From the human T2T-CHM13v2.0 reference genome, Homo sapiens: a stretch of DNA of 64,000 nucleotides. The stretch lies in NCBI RefSeq assembly GCF_009914755.1, contig NC_060948.1; one strand, 5' to 3'. Below, one piece after another: positions 15,342 to 27,043 of this stretch; the stretch's first letter is position 1; every line of letters begins with the position of its first letter. A program made the translations under genes and the position numbers. The notes beneath the pieces were generated by a model. The model was given only the letters and a program-made list of their open reading frames with translations, ran no database searches and was not told the origin of the DNA.

Positions 15342-15707
15342 GTAAGTTTGTGCCTGCCTCTTCCCATACCCTATAATTCATTATCCCATAAATACATTGC
15401 TGAAGGTTTCTCTGTCCAAATTCACTTCTATCATGTATGACCATCTGGCATATACAGATAACATTTTTGGTTTAGGCTAAAAATAAATTGTCTCACTGTG
15501 TTTGGCTTACTAGTACCTCTGTTAATTAATTCCTCTCCTAATCCCATTGTCTGTGGGCTCTTTATTCATAGATTTCTGATTTCTCTGAAGATGAGCTAGG
15601 TACCTTGTGTATCATGACTCAAGAAATATGCTGGAAAGCCTGATGTAGGCTTAAGGTTCTGGTTTTCTAATGAATGTACTATAATAAATTTTTGCCTGTG
15701 CACACAG

Positions 15708-15955
15708 GAATCCTGAAAACACTGCTGTGATTCTGGGCCTGAGGCACACTGGCACACCACTGAGAATTGTGAAGGTGTCTATCATGCTATTTCATGAGAG
15801 ATTCCAGTTGTTGAGTAGGGTAGAAAGAAATGATCAGGCTTTGCTACTCCTCCAAGATGTCTAGACTCCCATTCGGCTCTTAGCACAGTTGGGCTATCTG
15901 AAAAACCTGAATAATTCAGAATGCTGGCTGTCTGGGCCTCAAATTATTATACCAG
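15708..15955 (+). pseudogene. PRSSLY: Protease domain 2, exon B
   Basis: cacag|G AAT: NPENTAVILG..FHERF..RNDQALLLLQDV*(15862)TPI...ECWLSGPQIIIP G|gtcagc. Confidence 0.88.
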
Positions 15956-16403
15956 GTCAGCAGTTACTTTTCATATTAGGGTAGCAGCTCTAAAAAAGTG
16001 AGGTTCATATTTTTAATATTATGGTTCAAGGAATAACTATAATCACAATTGTATCCATTACTAATTATAAGATATTTAATCCATATAAGAGACCCACTAG
16101 GAGATTTGTTTTTGTTTTATAAGATGATGGTCCTGAAAATACCTTCACAGGATTTTAGATCTGAAAACAATAATATGAGGATCTTTCATAGTCAATTTCG
16201 TAAACCAAAATAGAGATGATTTGCTTTCTAACTCTTTGCTCACTTCAACACAAAGGAAAATGAAGCTTTTTTTGGTTTTATTTTGTTTTTAACCTCTTTA
16301 TGAAAATGAAGCTGAACTTGACTTGGAATTTGGAATTCCATAAGTAAAATTTACTTGTTAATTTTGAAGAGTGGCATTTAAAAAGTGATTAAAGAGTGAT
16401 GAT

Positions 16404-17040
<637 letters not shown>

Positions 17041-17201
17041 TTAATGGTGATAAAATAAACTGAATATCTTTGTATGTTATACATACAAGTTTAAAGTAAT
17101 GAGGAGACAGTGATAAGACAGATCATGGTCTTACCTCAATACTTAGTGATTAAATGTAACATATGTTCTTTAGAATAGTTATAGTCCATTTGTCTTTCTA
17201 G

Positions 17202-17335
17202 GAGAGACCGATGAGAATCCAGAAATGTTAAAGATGCAAGTGATGGAAGCTTCCAGCTGTGCCCACCTGTACCCTGGCATAGGCAGTTCCATTGTTTGCT
17301 TCATTACGCAGGCCAAAGACTCTAATGCAAATGTG
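17202..17335 (+). pseudogene. PRSSLY: Protease domain 2, exon C
   Basis: tctag|GA GAG: ETDENPEMLKMQVMEASSCAHLYPGIGSSIVCFITQAKDSNANV|gtacac; 134 nt, same length as domain-1 exon C. Confidence 0.85.
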
Positions 17336-17866
17336 GTACACAGTCGATTATTTTTTGTTCTACATGATAGAAACTATAACTTTGTCCCTCTATAAAATGG
17401 TGTACAACATATGTCTAAATAATAAGTGAATTGCTCGTCAGTAGGAAACCATTTTAAAAGTCTTTAATTACAGAACAAAATCTCTGAAAAAAATTGCTGT
17501 TTATCTCTGAGTTTTCTTACATGGGTTATTAATCTTTAGCCATACTAAATAGCTAGTATGCTGCTCTTCAAACAAATTAGACATTTTATATAATTCCCAT
17601 ATTCTAATAATAGTATCTTTACCCCTCAGAGTTTCAAACGAGTCCAACCTTTTTCTATTTCCCCAATTAAAATAACTTTTTAAGGTTTAATCTTCAGTGA
17701 TTTTTCTAGTAATATTTTTGAAGGTATTTGATCAGGATGATTTACTTTTGTACATATCTGATGTCTCACTTTCTTCTGAATACATCTTTTGTTATCCACT
17801 TATTAGATCTAAGGTTAAGAAGTTGGAATAGGGATTTAAATCCAAATGCTACATTTGAATTTACAG

Positions 17867-18139
17867 GAGTCAGTGAGTTCAGGAAGTGTCATTATGTGCA
17901 GACCAATATCTGGCAATGGCAGTTGGAGACAAATAGGCTTCACCAGTTTCAAAGCCCTAGCTACTACAATAAGTCAACACTTCTCCTGGATCTTATCTAC
18001 TTCAGCAAAGGAAGGCTACCCACTAAACCAGGCCCATGTGCTTTGGGTGAAAACTTCTAAGTCCTCTAGCCTCCTTAAACAGCCAAGCACACTGCCACTT
18101 TCTTCAATAACAATTACTGCAGCCCTGAGACTTTGGTAG
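17867..18139 (+). pseudogene. PRSSLY: Protease domain 2, exon D / terminal coding exon
   Basis: tacag|ESVSSGSVIMCRPISGNGSWRQIGFTS...HFSWI...LPLSSITITAALRLW*; ORF track 17846-18139. Confidence 0.8.
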
Positions 18140-18252
18140 CCTAGTGACTATAACTAGTGATGCTACAGTCTGGTCACAGTGTGATAAAACACCAGAGCAA
18201 CAAAAACAAAATATTGACTTAAGCCTTCTAAAATCTCTCTAAATATACCTTC

Positions 18253-18258
18253 AATAAA
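18253..18258 (+). terminator. Candidate polyadenylation signal of the protease-like gene
   Basis: AATAAA ~115 nt after the terminal stop, followed by a TGTTTTTTG tract. Confidence 0.55.
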
Positions 18259-18456
18259 TATGTTTTTTGCTACATAACAACTGCTTTCTACTTCCTGAAC
18301 TAACGCTTGGCCTTGGATTGTTTTCATTCTTGAAATTGATTCAAAATTGTATATTTAACATGAAGGTGAATGCAGAATTTCATGTGTCAGCAAATAAAAT
18401 TTTCAAAATGATGCAAAATACAAATGTGAAATTGTATTTGTGAACTTTACTATTCT

Positions 18457-20736
18457 TTCAAATTATATTCTAACACCTACCCACTCACACAATTTTTTAT
18501 AACTATCTGCATGTTCTCTTCAGGTGGGAGAGAAACAGTATCAGAGTTCTTAATAATTTATAAAAGACAGAATGACAATACTATACAAGATTTAATCTAT
18601 TCACAATATTGTATTTACTGAATGAAAAACATTACTTTTAAAATCTTACTAAAGTATTAAGTAAATAAAATATATGATTTCGATAACTCTAAAATACATG
18701 TACATGAAGAAAATAGAACAAGGATTAAAATACATAAACAAACAAATGAGGCCAGGTGTGGTGGCCCACACCTGGAAACCCAGCATTCTGGGAGGCCAGT
18801 GTGGTCGGATCACTTGAGGTCAGGAGTACAAGACCAGCCTGGCAAATATGGTGAAGCCCAGTCTTGACTAAAAATACAAAAATTAGCTGGACATGGTGGC
18901 ATGCACCTGTAATCTCAGCTCCTCAGAAGGCTGAGGTAGGGGAATCCTTGAAGCTGGGAGGCAGAGTTTGCAGTGAGCCGAGATCGTGCCACTTCACTCC
19001 AGCCTGGGTGACATAGTGAGACTCCATCTCAAAAGAAACAAACAAACAAACACCCAAAAACTAATGAATAAAAAAAAATCAGTACTAGAAAAAGTGCTCA
19101 CAGGAAACTCACATATCTAACAGAAAACAAAATTCCTTTAAAACAAAAGTTCCAGAAGGGGCAAATAAGAAAACAAATTTAACATCTCATATATAAAATA
19201 CAAACAGTAAACTGAAAAGAACCACGGGGAAAAATATCGGAGTTTACAACTAAGTTCTCTAAAAGAAACTGAAAATCCCTCAAAAACTTCCTAGTGTCCA
19301 TGTCTCTGTATTGCAAAAATGATCATAAAAATTGCCAGGAGTAGAACAATAAAAATGTATCTTAAAACTTCATAAACACTTCAAGTCTCACATAAAAATT
19401 GTAATGAAAAATGGATCAGTCTGCAGTTTTTTCATACAATTATGAACAAATTATATTTCCTCATACTTAAATTTGTTTTTTCAATATTCTAAGAAATTAA
19501 CTTTTATATTAACAGTAGGTGATGTAACAAAGCAGGTCTTTATCAAGATAACTGACACTGGATGTCCACGGCATTACTCAGGTGCGTCTTAATTCCCAGC
19601 CAGGTTCCCTCCCTGGACACACACTGAAGGTCCCCATCCATTTTGTAATCTCTTAACATTTCCTCCCCCGGAGGAAACTCTAAAATACAAGTACATGGAG
19701 AACGTAGAACATTTCCTCACACTGGAGCCCAGTGTTGTCTTCCAGATTCCCTGTGCAGTGGCCTGTCTTATCTGGCAAGGAAGGGAAGTGGGAGTGAGAA
19801 TGACAGAGAGGAGAATGCATGTCAGGGGAGCCTGGGCTCCTTGAAACAGAACATGACAGGCCTGGGAGAACCATTCCAAAAGGACATAAACCTAGAAGGG
19901 CCTCAGGTGGACATCCGCACAGAGAGGGAGGGGGCCCTGGTTGAGCTGGAACTGAGCCCCAGTGGGTAGCAGGCCTCAAGGCAGGGGAGGGAGGTGGTGA
20001 GTGATGATAAGACAGCTATCCCTTAAGCCTTGCTTCTCACCCACTGACTTTAGCCACATATACATCATAGGTAGCTTAGGGTTCCCCAATCCTTAAATGT
20101 GGGTGTTACAGTTCCCTTATGGGCTGTTCTGCCCCAACCCATGGATGGCGTGGGATTGCTCACTGCAGTCTCCTCCATGATCCTTGGATTCTCCAAGTAG
20201 GGCACAGATCCAGGACTCAAAGGCCTTTCAGTTCACAGCTCTAGGCTCCTTGCCTGGCCTCCTCTCTGTTCCCTCTCTAATGCTGTCCATCCCCTCCCTG
20301 GGGTAGAACTGCAAGGGATTGAACCATAGGCCTGGCTGATGATCTGGGGGAATGTAGAAGGGGGTCCACTACAGGTCAGGTCAGGGTTCAAAGCCAATTC
20401 CCCAAAGGCCAAGGAATGACCAGCGAGGTCCTTTCCCATGATGCACCACGGCAGACTCGACCTCAGAAATCCCGCCAAAACCCAGGCAGTCATGTTCAGC
20501 CAACCAACTGAACAAGCTCAGGTAGGCCATATTCTGCCTGCAGCTGGAGGCTTGACCTTCACGATCCCAGAACCGGTGGACTGCAGTGGAATGAGACACC
20601 CTGTATCCTGGAGGCAGAGGAGCCAGGAAGGTTCAAGCCAGGCTGACCCTCCCACACACCAGCTCCCCTACCATGCTGGGAGGCATTCCTTACCAGGGAT
20701 GCCAACACAATACTCCTGAATGATCACTTCATTGTG
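18457..20736. repeat. Segmental duplication, copy A (direct paralogue of 61797-64000)
   Basis: Colinear similarity from ttcaaattatatt through a shared Alu and TSPY-like exons to tgaatgatcacttcattgtg; clearly diverged by eye. Confidence 0.85.
18750..19055 (+). mobile_element. AluS-like element (same position as the Alu at 62094 in the duplicated copy)
   Basis: Both copies share the unusual cctggcaaatatggtgaa and cccagtcttgactaaaaatac. Confidence 0.85.
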
Positions 20737-22450
20737 GAAGTAAAGGTTGTGATGAAAGTAAATCTTCTTCCTGCGGCCAGTAACCTGGATGGCTGTGTTC
20801 CTCCACCTGCCTGACTAAGAAGGAGAAAGAGGATGGACTCAACGGGACCATTTCATCTAGCTAGGCTGAGGTGGCCTGCTAGCTGGAGCGAAGCATGAGT
20901 TTCCCCTTCCCAGCTCTGCCACTGAGACACCACCGAGGCCCAGGGGGACCTCAAGCTGACTCAGACACCAGACCCCTCCCATAGCCACCAGCTCCCCAGC
21001 CTGACCATCATGTAGCACAGCAGGACGTCATTATGGTTTCTGACCCATGCCGACATCTGGGTGTGCCAAACAATCTACCTCTGGTCAAGGAGCCTCCAGA
21101 TGATTGGGTGGGCAAGCCTCGTGAAACCCTGCAATTTGCAGGAGCACATAGAATGTGGAGCAGGGCTGTCTCCCAGACATTTGGCCTGTCACCCTCCCTT
21201 GTTTACCTCTTCCTCTGTCTGGAGAGGAAGAAACTTCAAAACTATGGTTGTTTTGGGGGTGGGTGGAGCCAGGCCAAGACGGCTGCACTGACCTCGGACA
21301 GGAGGCGGAATAAGTGGGCAGGTGGTTGCAGCTTAGGGGAAGGGGGCGGGGTGGTGTGAGGCGGTTTCTTCCTCAGGGTTCATGAGCTGCAGGAGGCCCT
21401 GGTGTGCAGGGTGCTGGACATGCTCTGCTGATGTCCGGGTGTCTGGTGTCCTCTTATCCTGGTCTTCCTGAGAGGTGGGCCTGTACAGTTGAGGGAAGCC
21501 CTGTAGGTAGAATGGGCTGCAGGGTTGTGCGTCATGCTCCCCATGGGGCTCGCGTGGGTGCAAAGGAGGTTATATATGCTCAGGGCCTACACCGCTTTGT
21601 GTGCAGCGCCGGCAGGCGGAAGAAAGCATATCTGGGGAGCTGGTGCCTGCCTTGTGGAGGTCAGCAGCCCCATGCACCGCGAACCCGAGTCTTCAGCACC
21701 TTGTGTTTCTGGGGTGAGCCTGTTGGAAACAGGCACTCAGAGCGGGGGTGGTTCAATGGCTGGCACGGGCGTGCAGACTCCCCTTCCTCCAGGGCATTTC
21801 CCAAGGAAACATACCCTTTAACTTTCCGCTGTGCGGGAAGGGCCCTTGGTACCGCGATTCTCCCTTGTGAGTGCTGTGCTTGGCTCACCTTCCCTACCAC
21901 GTGCTCTCACGGCTCCCACTAGCAAGCTGGCCTCTGATCTGCCGGAACCTGGACTCGGCTCCCACCCTGTCCCCCATCCCCTGCCTCCTGGCTGACCCCT
22001 TGCGCCTCCCACCTGGCTCCTCCCCCCACCCAGCCCCCAATCCCCCCCTGAAGCCCGATGCCTATCCCCTGATGCTAGCCATCCCAAATCGGCAGCTGCA
22101 AGGATATGGCTCTGGCCCAGAAGCCGGAGATGCCCTGTGGCCTGGGGCATTCACGGAGCCCAGCTCCAAGTGAAGGACCTGCAGCAAGTCCATTGACTGC
22201 CCGGGTGTGCTGGGTCCAGGGCCAGGCTGTGCCCGCTGGTTCACCTTCTGCCACTCCACGTCGGTCTTCTCCTCAACCACCACCTCCACCTCAGCCATTA
22301 TGTCTTCCACCATCAGCACCACCTCCTCTTCCAAGGTCGCGTCCTTGCTCTGTGCCCCGGCTGTCTTCTCCAGCCTAGCCTCCAGCCTGAACATTGTGCC
22401 CTTCTGGTGCTCTCACAGACCCGGGCCTATGGAGTCCAGCTAATCCTCGT
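20260..22450 (-). pseudogene. Divergent TSPY-family pseudogene (FAM197Y-like), minus strand
   Basis: Exon-1-like ORF 22062-22394 (EEEVVLMVEDIMAEVEVV..QRAQPGPGP); exon-3-like 20806-20694 (HNLYFHNEVIIQEY); exon-4-like 20607-20462 (146 nt, YRVSHST..LSLFSWL); exon-5-like from 20343 (WFNPLQFY). Confidence 0.8.
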
Positions 22451-23420
22451 CACCCCTAGGCTCTGGGGGCCGCTCCTCAGGAGGCCCCCTCCCCAAAAGG
22501 CCCATGGGCAGCCACCTGCTGAGAACCTAGTCCCACACCTACTAGTACCCAGGTTTCCTAAGGAGCCCCGATGGGCCCGCAGATTGCAGCAGTCGCCGTG
22601 GGGCTCAAGTCCCCTGCAGGGTCAACTGCGCACAGGAGCTCGGGAGCCAGAGGACGAGGACCTGGGCTTGCAGAGCCCCACCAGCAGGCACCAGAGCCGC
22701 TGCTGCGCGTGTGGGAGCCTCTGGATCCGCAAGGCAGTGCACAACAGCATGCACGCAGGCCGTCGATGGCCAGTCCTGGAGGCTGGCCTCCTGTTTGCCC
22801 AGGGCGTAGGACAAGAGGCCCTTTGGAATGCTCCTTGGAATACAGCTTCCTCAGGGAGGAAGCATGGAACGCGGAGCCTGTATTTGCTTAGGCCTGGGAG
22901 AGTGCAAGCCGGGGTTCTGGCCTCTGGAGCAGACGAATTCCACCTCAGCATAATCAGGTGACTTTCCTCCCATGCTCCGCCCCGACCCCCTTTCCCCAGG
23001 ACACCCGCCGCCGCCCTCACCCCAGCAGCCAGAGTGAGTTCTTCTCTGGATCTGCAATATTCCGTACCACCTACCTGGCCTGCCTAATGAAGTGAGCTGT
23101 TTCATGTGTTCCCTGTGGGTCAATGGCTTGCCACACTCAGGATGTCAGTTAGGGCACAGGGCTTCCATGCCCACAGTTCCAAAGGCCACGCAGCCTGCGT
23201 GTGCCTGGACACAGAGCTACCTGGCACAAGCTCCGAGGGCTTCTCAGAGGAGGCTTAACCCAAGAGACTGGGACTGCAGGCCAACCTGGGTTGGTGCAGC
23301 CCAGGGAGACGCCCACATCCTTGCACTGATTGGCCACGCAGGGAGGCCGGCGATCTTGGCACGGTTCCCGGAGCCCTTTGAGTGCAGTCCATTAGGAGGC
23401 GTCTGGTAGCCTGGGGCTGG
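22450..23420. promoter_or_regulatory. GC/CpG-rich interval between divergently oriented TSPY-family first exons (putative bidirectional promoter relic)
   Basis: High GC with CpGs, GC-box-like ccgccc/ccgccgccgccc at ~22977-23016, CTGATTGGCC (CCAAT on minus) at ~23327. Confidence 0.5.
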
Positions 23421-25946
23421 CGCTGTGAGGGACCGCCGACCCACAAGCTCTAGTAAGGGCAGCGGCAGGGTTCCTGTGGCGTGGGTCGGGCAGCACAGGT
23501 GGTGGTCTGTGGGAGTCCGGAGAAGGGCACTGTCTTCAGGATGGAGGCTCTACAGGAGGGAGCTCCAGGGGCGCAGAGCGAGGAGGCAGCCTGGGTGGAG
23601 GAGGCGGTGCTGGTGTTGGATGACATAATCACGGAGGTGGAGGTGGTGGCCCAGGAGGAGGCCGACGTGGAGCGTCTGGAGGAGGACCAGCGGGCACAGC
23701 TTGGCCCTGGGCCCATGACCCCAGAGTCGACACTGGAGGAACTACTGGCCATTCAGGTGGAGCTAGAGCCGGTTAATGCCGGAGCCAGTAAGGCCTTTTC
23801 TCAGCAGAGGGGAAAGATGGAGCGGAGGCGCAAGCCCCACCTGGACCGCAGAGGCTCATTCATCCAGAGCATCCCTGGCTTCTTGGCCAGTGTAGTAACC
23901 TTTTCAGTGTTTCTTCTGCCTTTCTAGTGGAGAGGTGCTCTTGGAGAAGTGTAAGTAACTTACGGGCAGCTTGGCATCGATGCGACTATTTGGGGAAAAA
24001 CGGAGAGTTGCCATGGACAAGTGTGGCTGTAGAAAGCCGGAGCAGACGCGGGTACTATTTTCCTGCATGCGGCAGAGAAACCCTCAGTGAGGCCCAGCAG
24101 CAGACGTTTGGGGCATCTTTTTGAAGAGTAGAAGCGAGTTCTCACCAGAACAGGTTTTTCTGTGAATGTAGCTATTGTTAAGGGAGTGTGATTGCAACCC
24201 CCTTGCCAGTCTGATCTGAGACTGGGCATCTTTGGGTATAAGCAGATTCTCCCACTCCTCAGACACAAGCAACTCTCTGAAAATCGTCCCTCCCCATGTC
24301 AGTGCAGTCAGCCTCAGAAGTATACACCCTCCGTGAACCCAAGAGGCCTTAATTCAGGCGGAAAGAGAGGAGAAAAGGAGGTCATATATGGAAGCAGATC
24401 CAAGAAATCCCCCACCCCAGACTCTGGGTGCTCTTAGGCCTTCTTCCCTGTTGCTTCTAGCTTTTCCTTCCATCGCATCTAAAGGCTCTTTGACCTAAAT
24501 CAGATTGCAAACCACCTCCAGATGTCAGCCCTGATCTCTGACCAAGATGAAGACATGCTGAGCTACATGATCAACTTGGAGGTGATGCCGGGAAGACTGA
24601 GGCTAGAGGGTTTAGCGGGGGAGGGTAAGGGAAATAATTTATTCCTGTAAGCAACAGTGGGCACCTCACCTGAAAACGTATGTAAGTTTTCTCCACCTTG
24701 TCCTGACAGGTGAAAGAAGCCAAGCATTCCGTTCATCTCTGCAAGATCATGTTGTTCTTTTGGAGTAACCCCTACTTCCAGAATCAAGTGATTACCAAGG
24801 AATATCTCATGAACCTCACAGGTGACAGGTGGCTCCCAGGATGGGTGGTGGAAGGAAGATGGTGGGTGGATCATTGCCAACGTGATCCAGCCCCCTTCCC
24901 ACAAAATCCTGTCTCTGTAGAATACAGGGCTTCCCATTCCACTCCAATTCAGCGGTATCCGAATTATGAAGTGGAGGCCTATCGCCACAGACACCACAAC
25001 AGGAGCCTTAACTTCTTCAACTGGTTTTCTGACCACGACTTTGCAGGATCTAATAGGATTGCTGAGGTGGATCCTCACTGGGAAACATCAGGAATGACTC
25101 TGGTATGTTCCCAGCTGCATGGGTCACCAGTCTGAAAGTCTGATGAGGCCTTTCCTGATTGATTCCTCCGATAGATCCTACGTAAGGGCCTGTGACCCAG
25201 TCACCTGAAATACTGCACAAGGATGAAGCCACCTGAAGAGCGAACAGAGATTTCAGGTGAGCTGCTCGGTTGGAACTGGAGCTGTTTGATGCCCACTATG
25301 AGGGGTTTGACACATCTCCCTATTCAGGGAGTCTGCATGCTCATTTCATACATGTAGAAATTCCTTGAGAAGAAGACACAGAGTGACAGAATCTGGGAGA
25401 TTCAGGGTATTGGGCTGAAAAATGCACATTAGAGACTGCACTGCCAAGCAGGTTATAGCTGTGGAGTCTTAAGCTCAGGGAAGCATAGTGCATGTCCAGA
25501 CTCACTGAGAAGTAAAGCTGAATCATTAACTTCAATCTGTGGCACTTGATTCCATGGCCATCAACCCCACCGGCAGTCATCCTACCAACCCCTTAAGATT
25601 GGGCTCCCTGAATGTGCCTCCTTGTCACCTTTGCCACAGACCGCAAAAGACTGTTTCAGTTGATGGATTTTCTTAAGCTATTGCCCCATCAGATTTCTGT
25701 GTGCTTTTAGTATGCAATACATCTTGTAAGCTGACTCCCATCATAGAGGATACTGGGAATGGGGCAGGTATTGCAGAGAACAGTTTGTAACACATGGTAG
25801 GAAGAGGCTTAAGAGATCACAAATGGGGATGGGGTAGTCTTTTCTCGGCAGGCCTTAAAATTAAAACATTTTAAAGTATGGCCCCAAGGAAATACATCTT
25901 GATATGCAGTTGTGTTTCTCTAGGGGACTCCCAGATTTTGAGTTGA
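23418..25946 (+). pseudogene. TSPY: TSPY pseudogene, six exons (possibly the TSPY14P locus)
   Basis: Exons ~23418-23894, 24504-24581, 24710-24821, 24921-25066, 25175-25256, 25924-25946, all AG/GT. The translation matches TSPY ([40 protein letters not shown]). The first ATG is lost; TAG-TAA at 23451-23456; TGA at 25193. Confidence 0.92.
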
Positions 25947-26119
25947 ATATGATGGAGCATCAGACTTTACCTAAAACAGCAGAACTGCTAAAAAGTTACT
26001 ACAGTATGGAGGATGTCAGTACTCAGCATGGTCCTATGCACACGAACTAAAGGAAAAACATCCAGTCACAAAAAATGCAGACAGGAAGAGAGGGTAAAAT
26101 TGGATTGAATGGAATGAAA

Positions 26120-26125
26120 AATAAA
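26120..26125 (+). terminator. Polyadenylation signal of the TSPY pseudogene
   Basis: AATAAA ~175 nt after the last exon stop, followed by a GT-rich tract. Confidence 0.6.
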
Positions 26126-26151
26126 TACTATTAAGGATGTATGATTCTGCA

Positions 26152-26203
26152 TGTATGTGTGTGTGTGTGTGTGTGTGTGTCTGTGTGTGTTGGTGTGTGT
26201 GGG
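26152..26203. repeat. (TG)n microsatellite
   Basis: Interrupted tgtgtg run. Confidence 0.9.
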
Positions 26204-26738
26204 TATGTTTATCCTTTGGATTCAGTTGTCATAATGAATTGGTCAATCCATATGTTTTATTCTCTCCGTGGAAATGACCAGTCCATGTCAGAGCTAGGCC
26301 TCCAAAGTTGTAGAGTGAATAGGTATGGAATATTTTCGGATTCTTCCTGCAAGACAGAGTTGGGGAGGTAAAAGAAAGAGAAAGTTTAGTTGGAGGCTCA
26401 CTTCATCCTATGGAAACAGAGGTAGTTCAACAAAAGGGGTTAATGGGCACTAAGATATCCAGGGCCCAGTTTGCCAGGATAAGGCACCCCCAAAATCCTT
26501 CATTTTGTGTATCATCAGACACATTAAGATAGCACAAGATCATGGAAATCTGAAAGTTCACTTTCATGTTGAATTCACATCTTCTCCTTTTAAAGGGGAA
26601 TGCATAATCCTTTTCTGGGACAATCAGCGTCTCAGGACAAGGGGTCCCATCACTGTGAGAAGAAATAGGCTAGTAAGGTGTATGGAGGGACTGTGGGAAA
26701 GGTTACAGAGGTATGTGGGAAGGCATTCAGGATACACC

Positions 26739-27043
26739 TTTTTTTTTCTTTTTTTTTTTTTTTTTTTTTGAGATGGAGTCTCTCTCTGTCACCCAGGCTG
26801 GAGTGCAAATTTTGGCTCACTGCAAGCACCGCCTCCTGGGTTCACGCCATTCTCCTGCCTCAGCCTCCTGAGTAGCTGGAACTACCGACACCCACCACCA
26901 CGCCTGGCTAATTTTTTATATGTTTAGCAGAGACAGGGTTTCACCCTGTTAGCCAGGATGGTCTTGATCTCCTGAGCCCATGATCTGCCCACCTCGGCCT
27001 CCCAAAGTGCTGGGATTACAGGCATGAGCCACTGCACCCAGCT
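26739..27043 (-). mobile_element. Alu (Sc/Y-like)
   Basis: Poly-T, then gagatggagtctc...gagccactgcacccagc; flanked by cctttttttt. Confidence 0.88.

Noticed and set aside
21033-23446. Many overlapping 60-184 aa ORFs on both strands
   Set aside because: Expected in GC-rich, stop-poor sequence; no recognisable domains apart from the TSPY-like exons.
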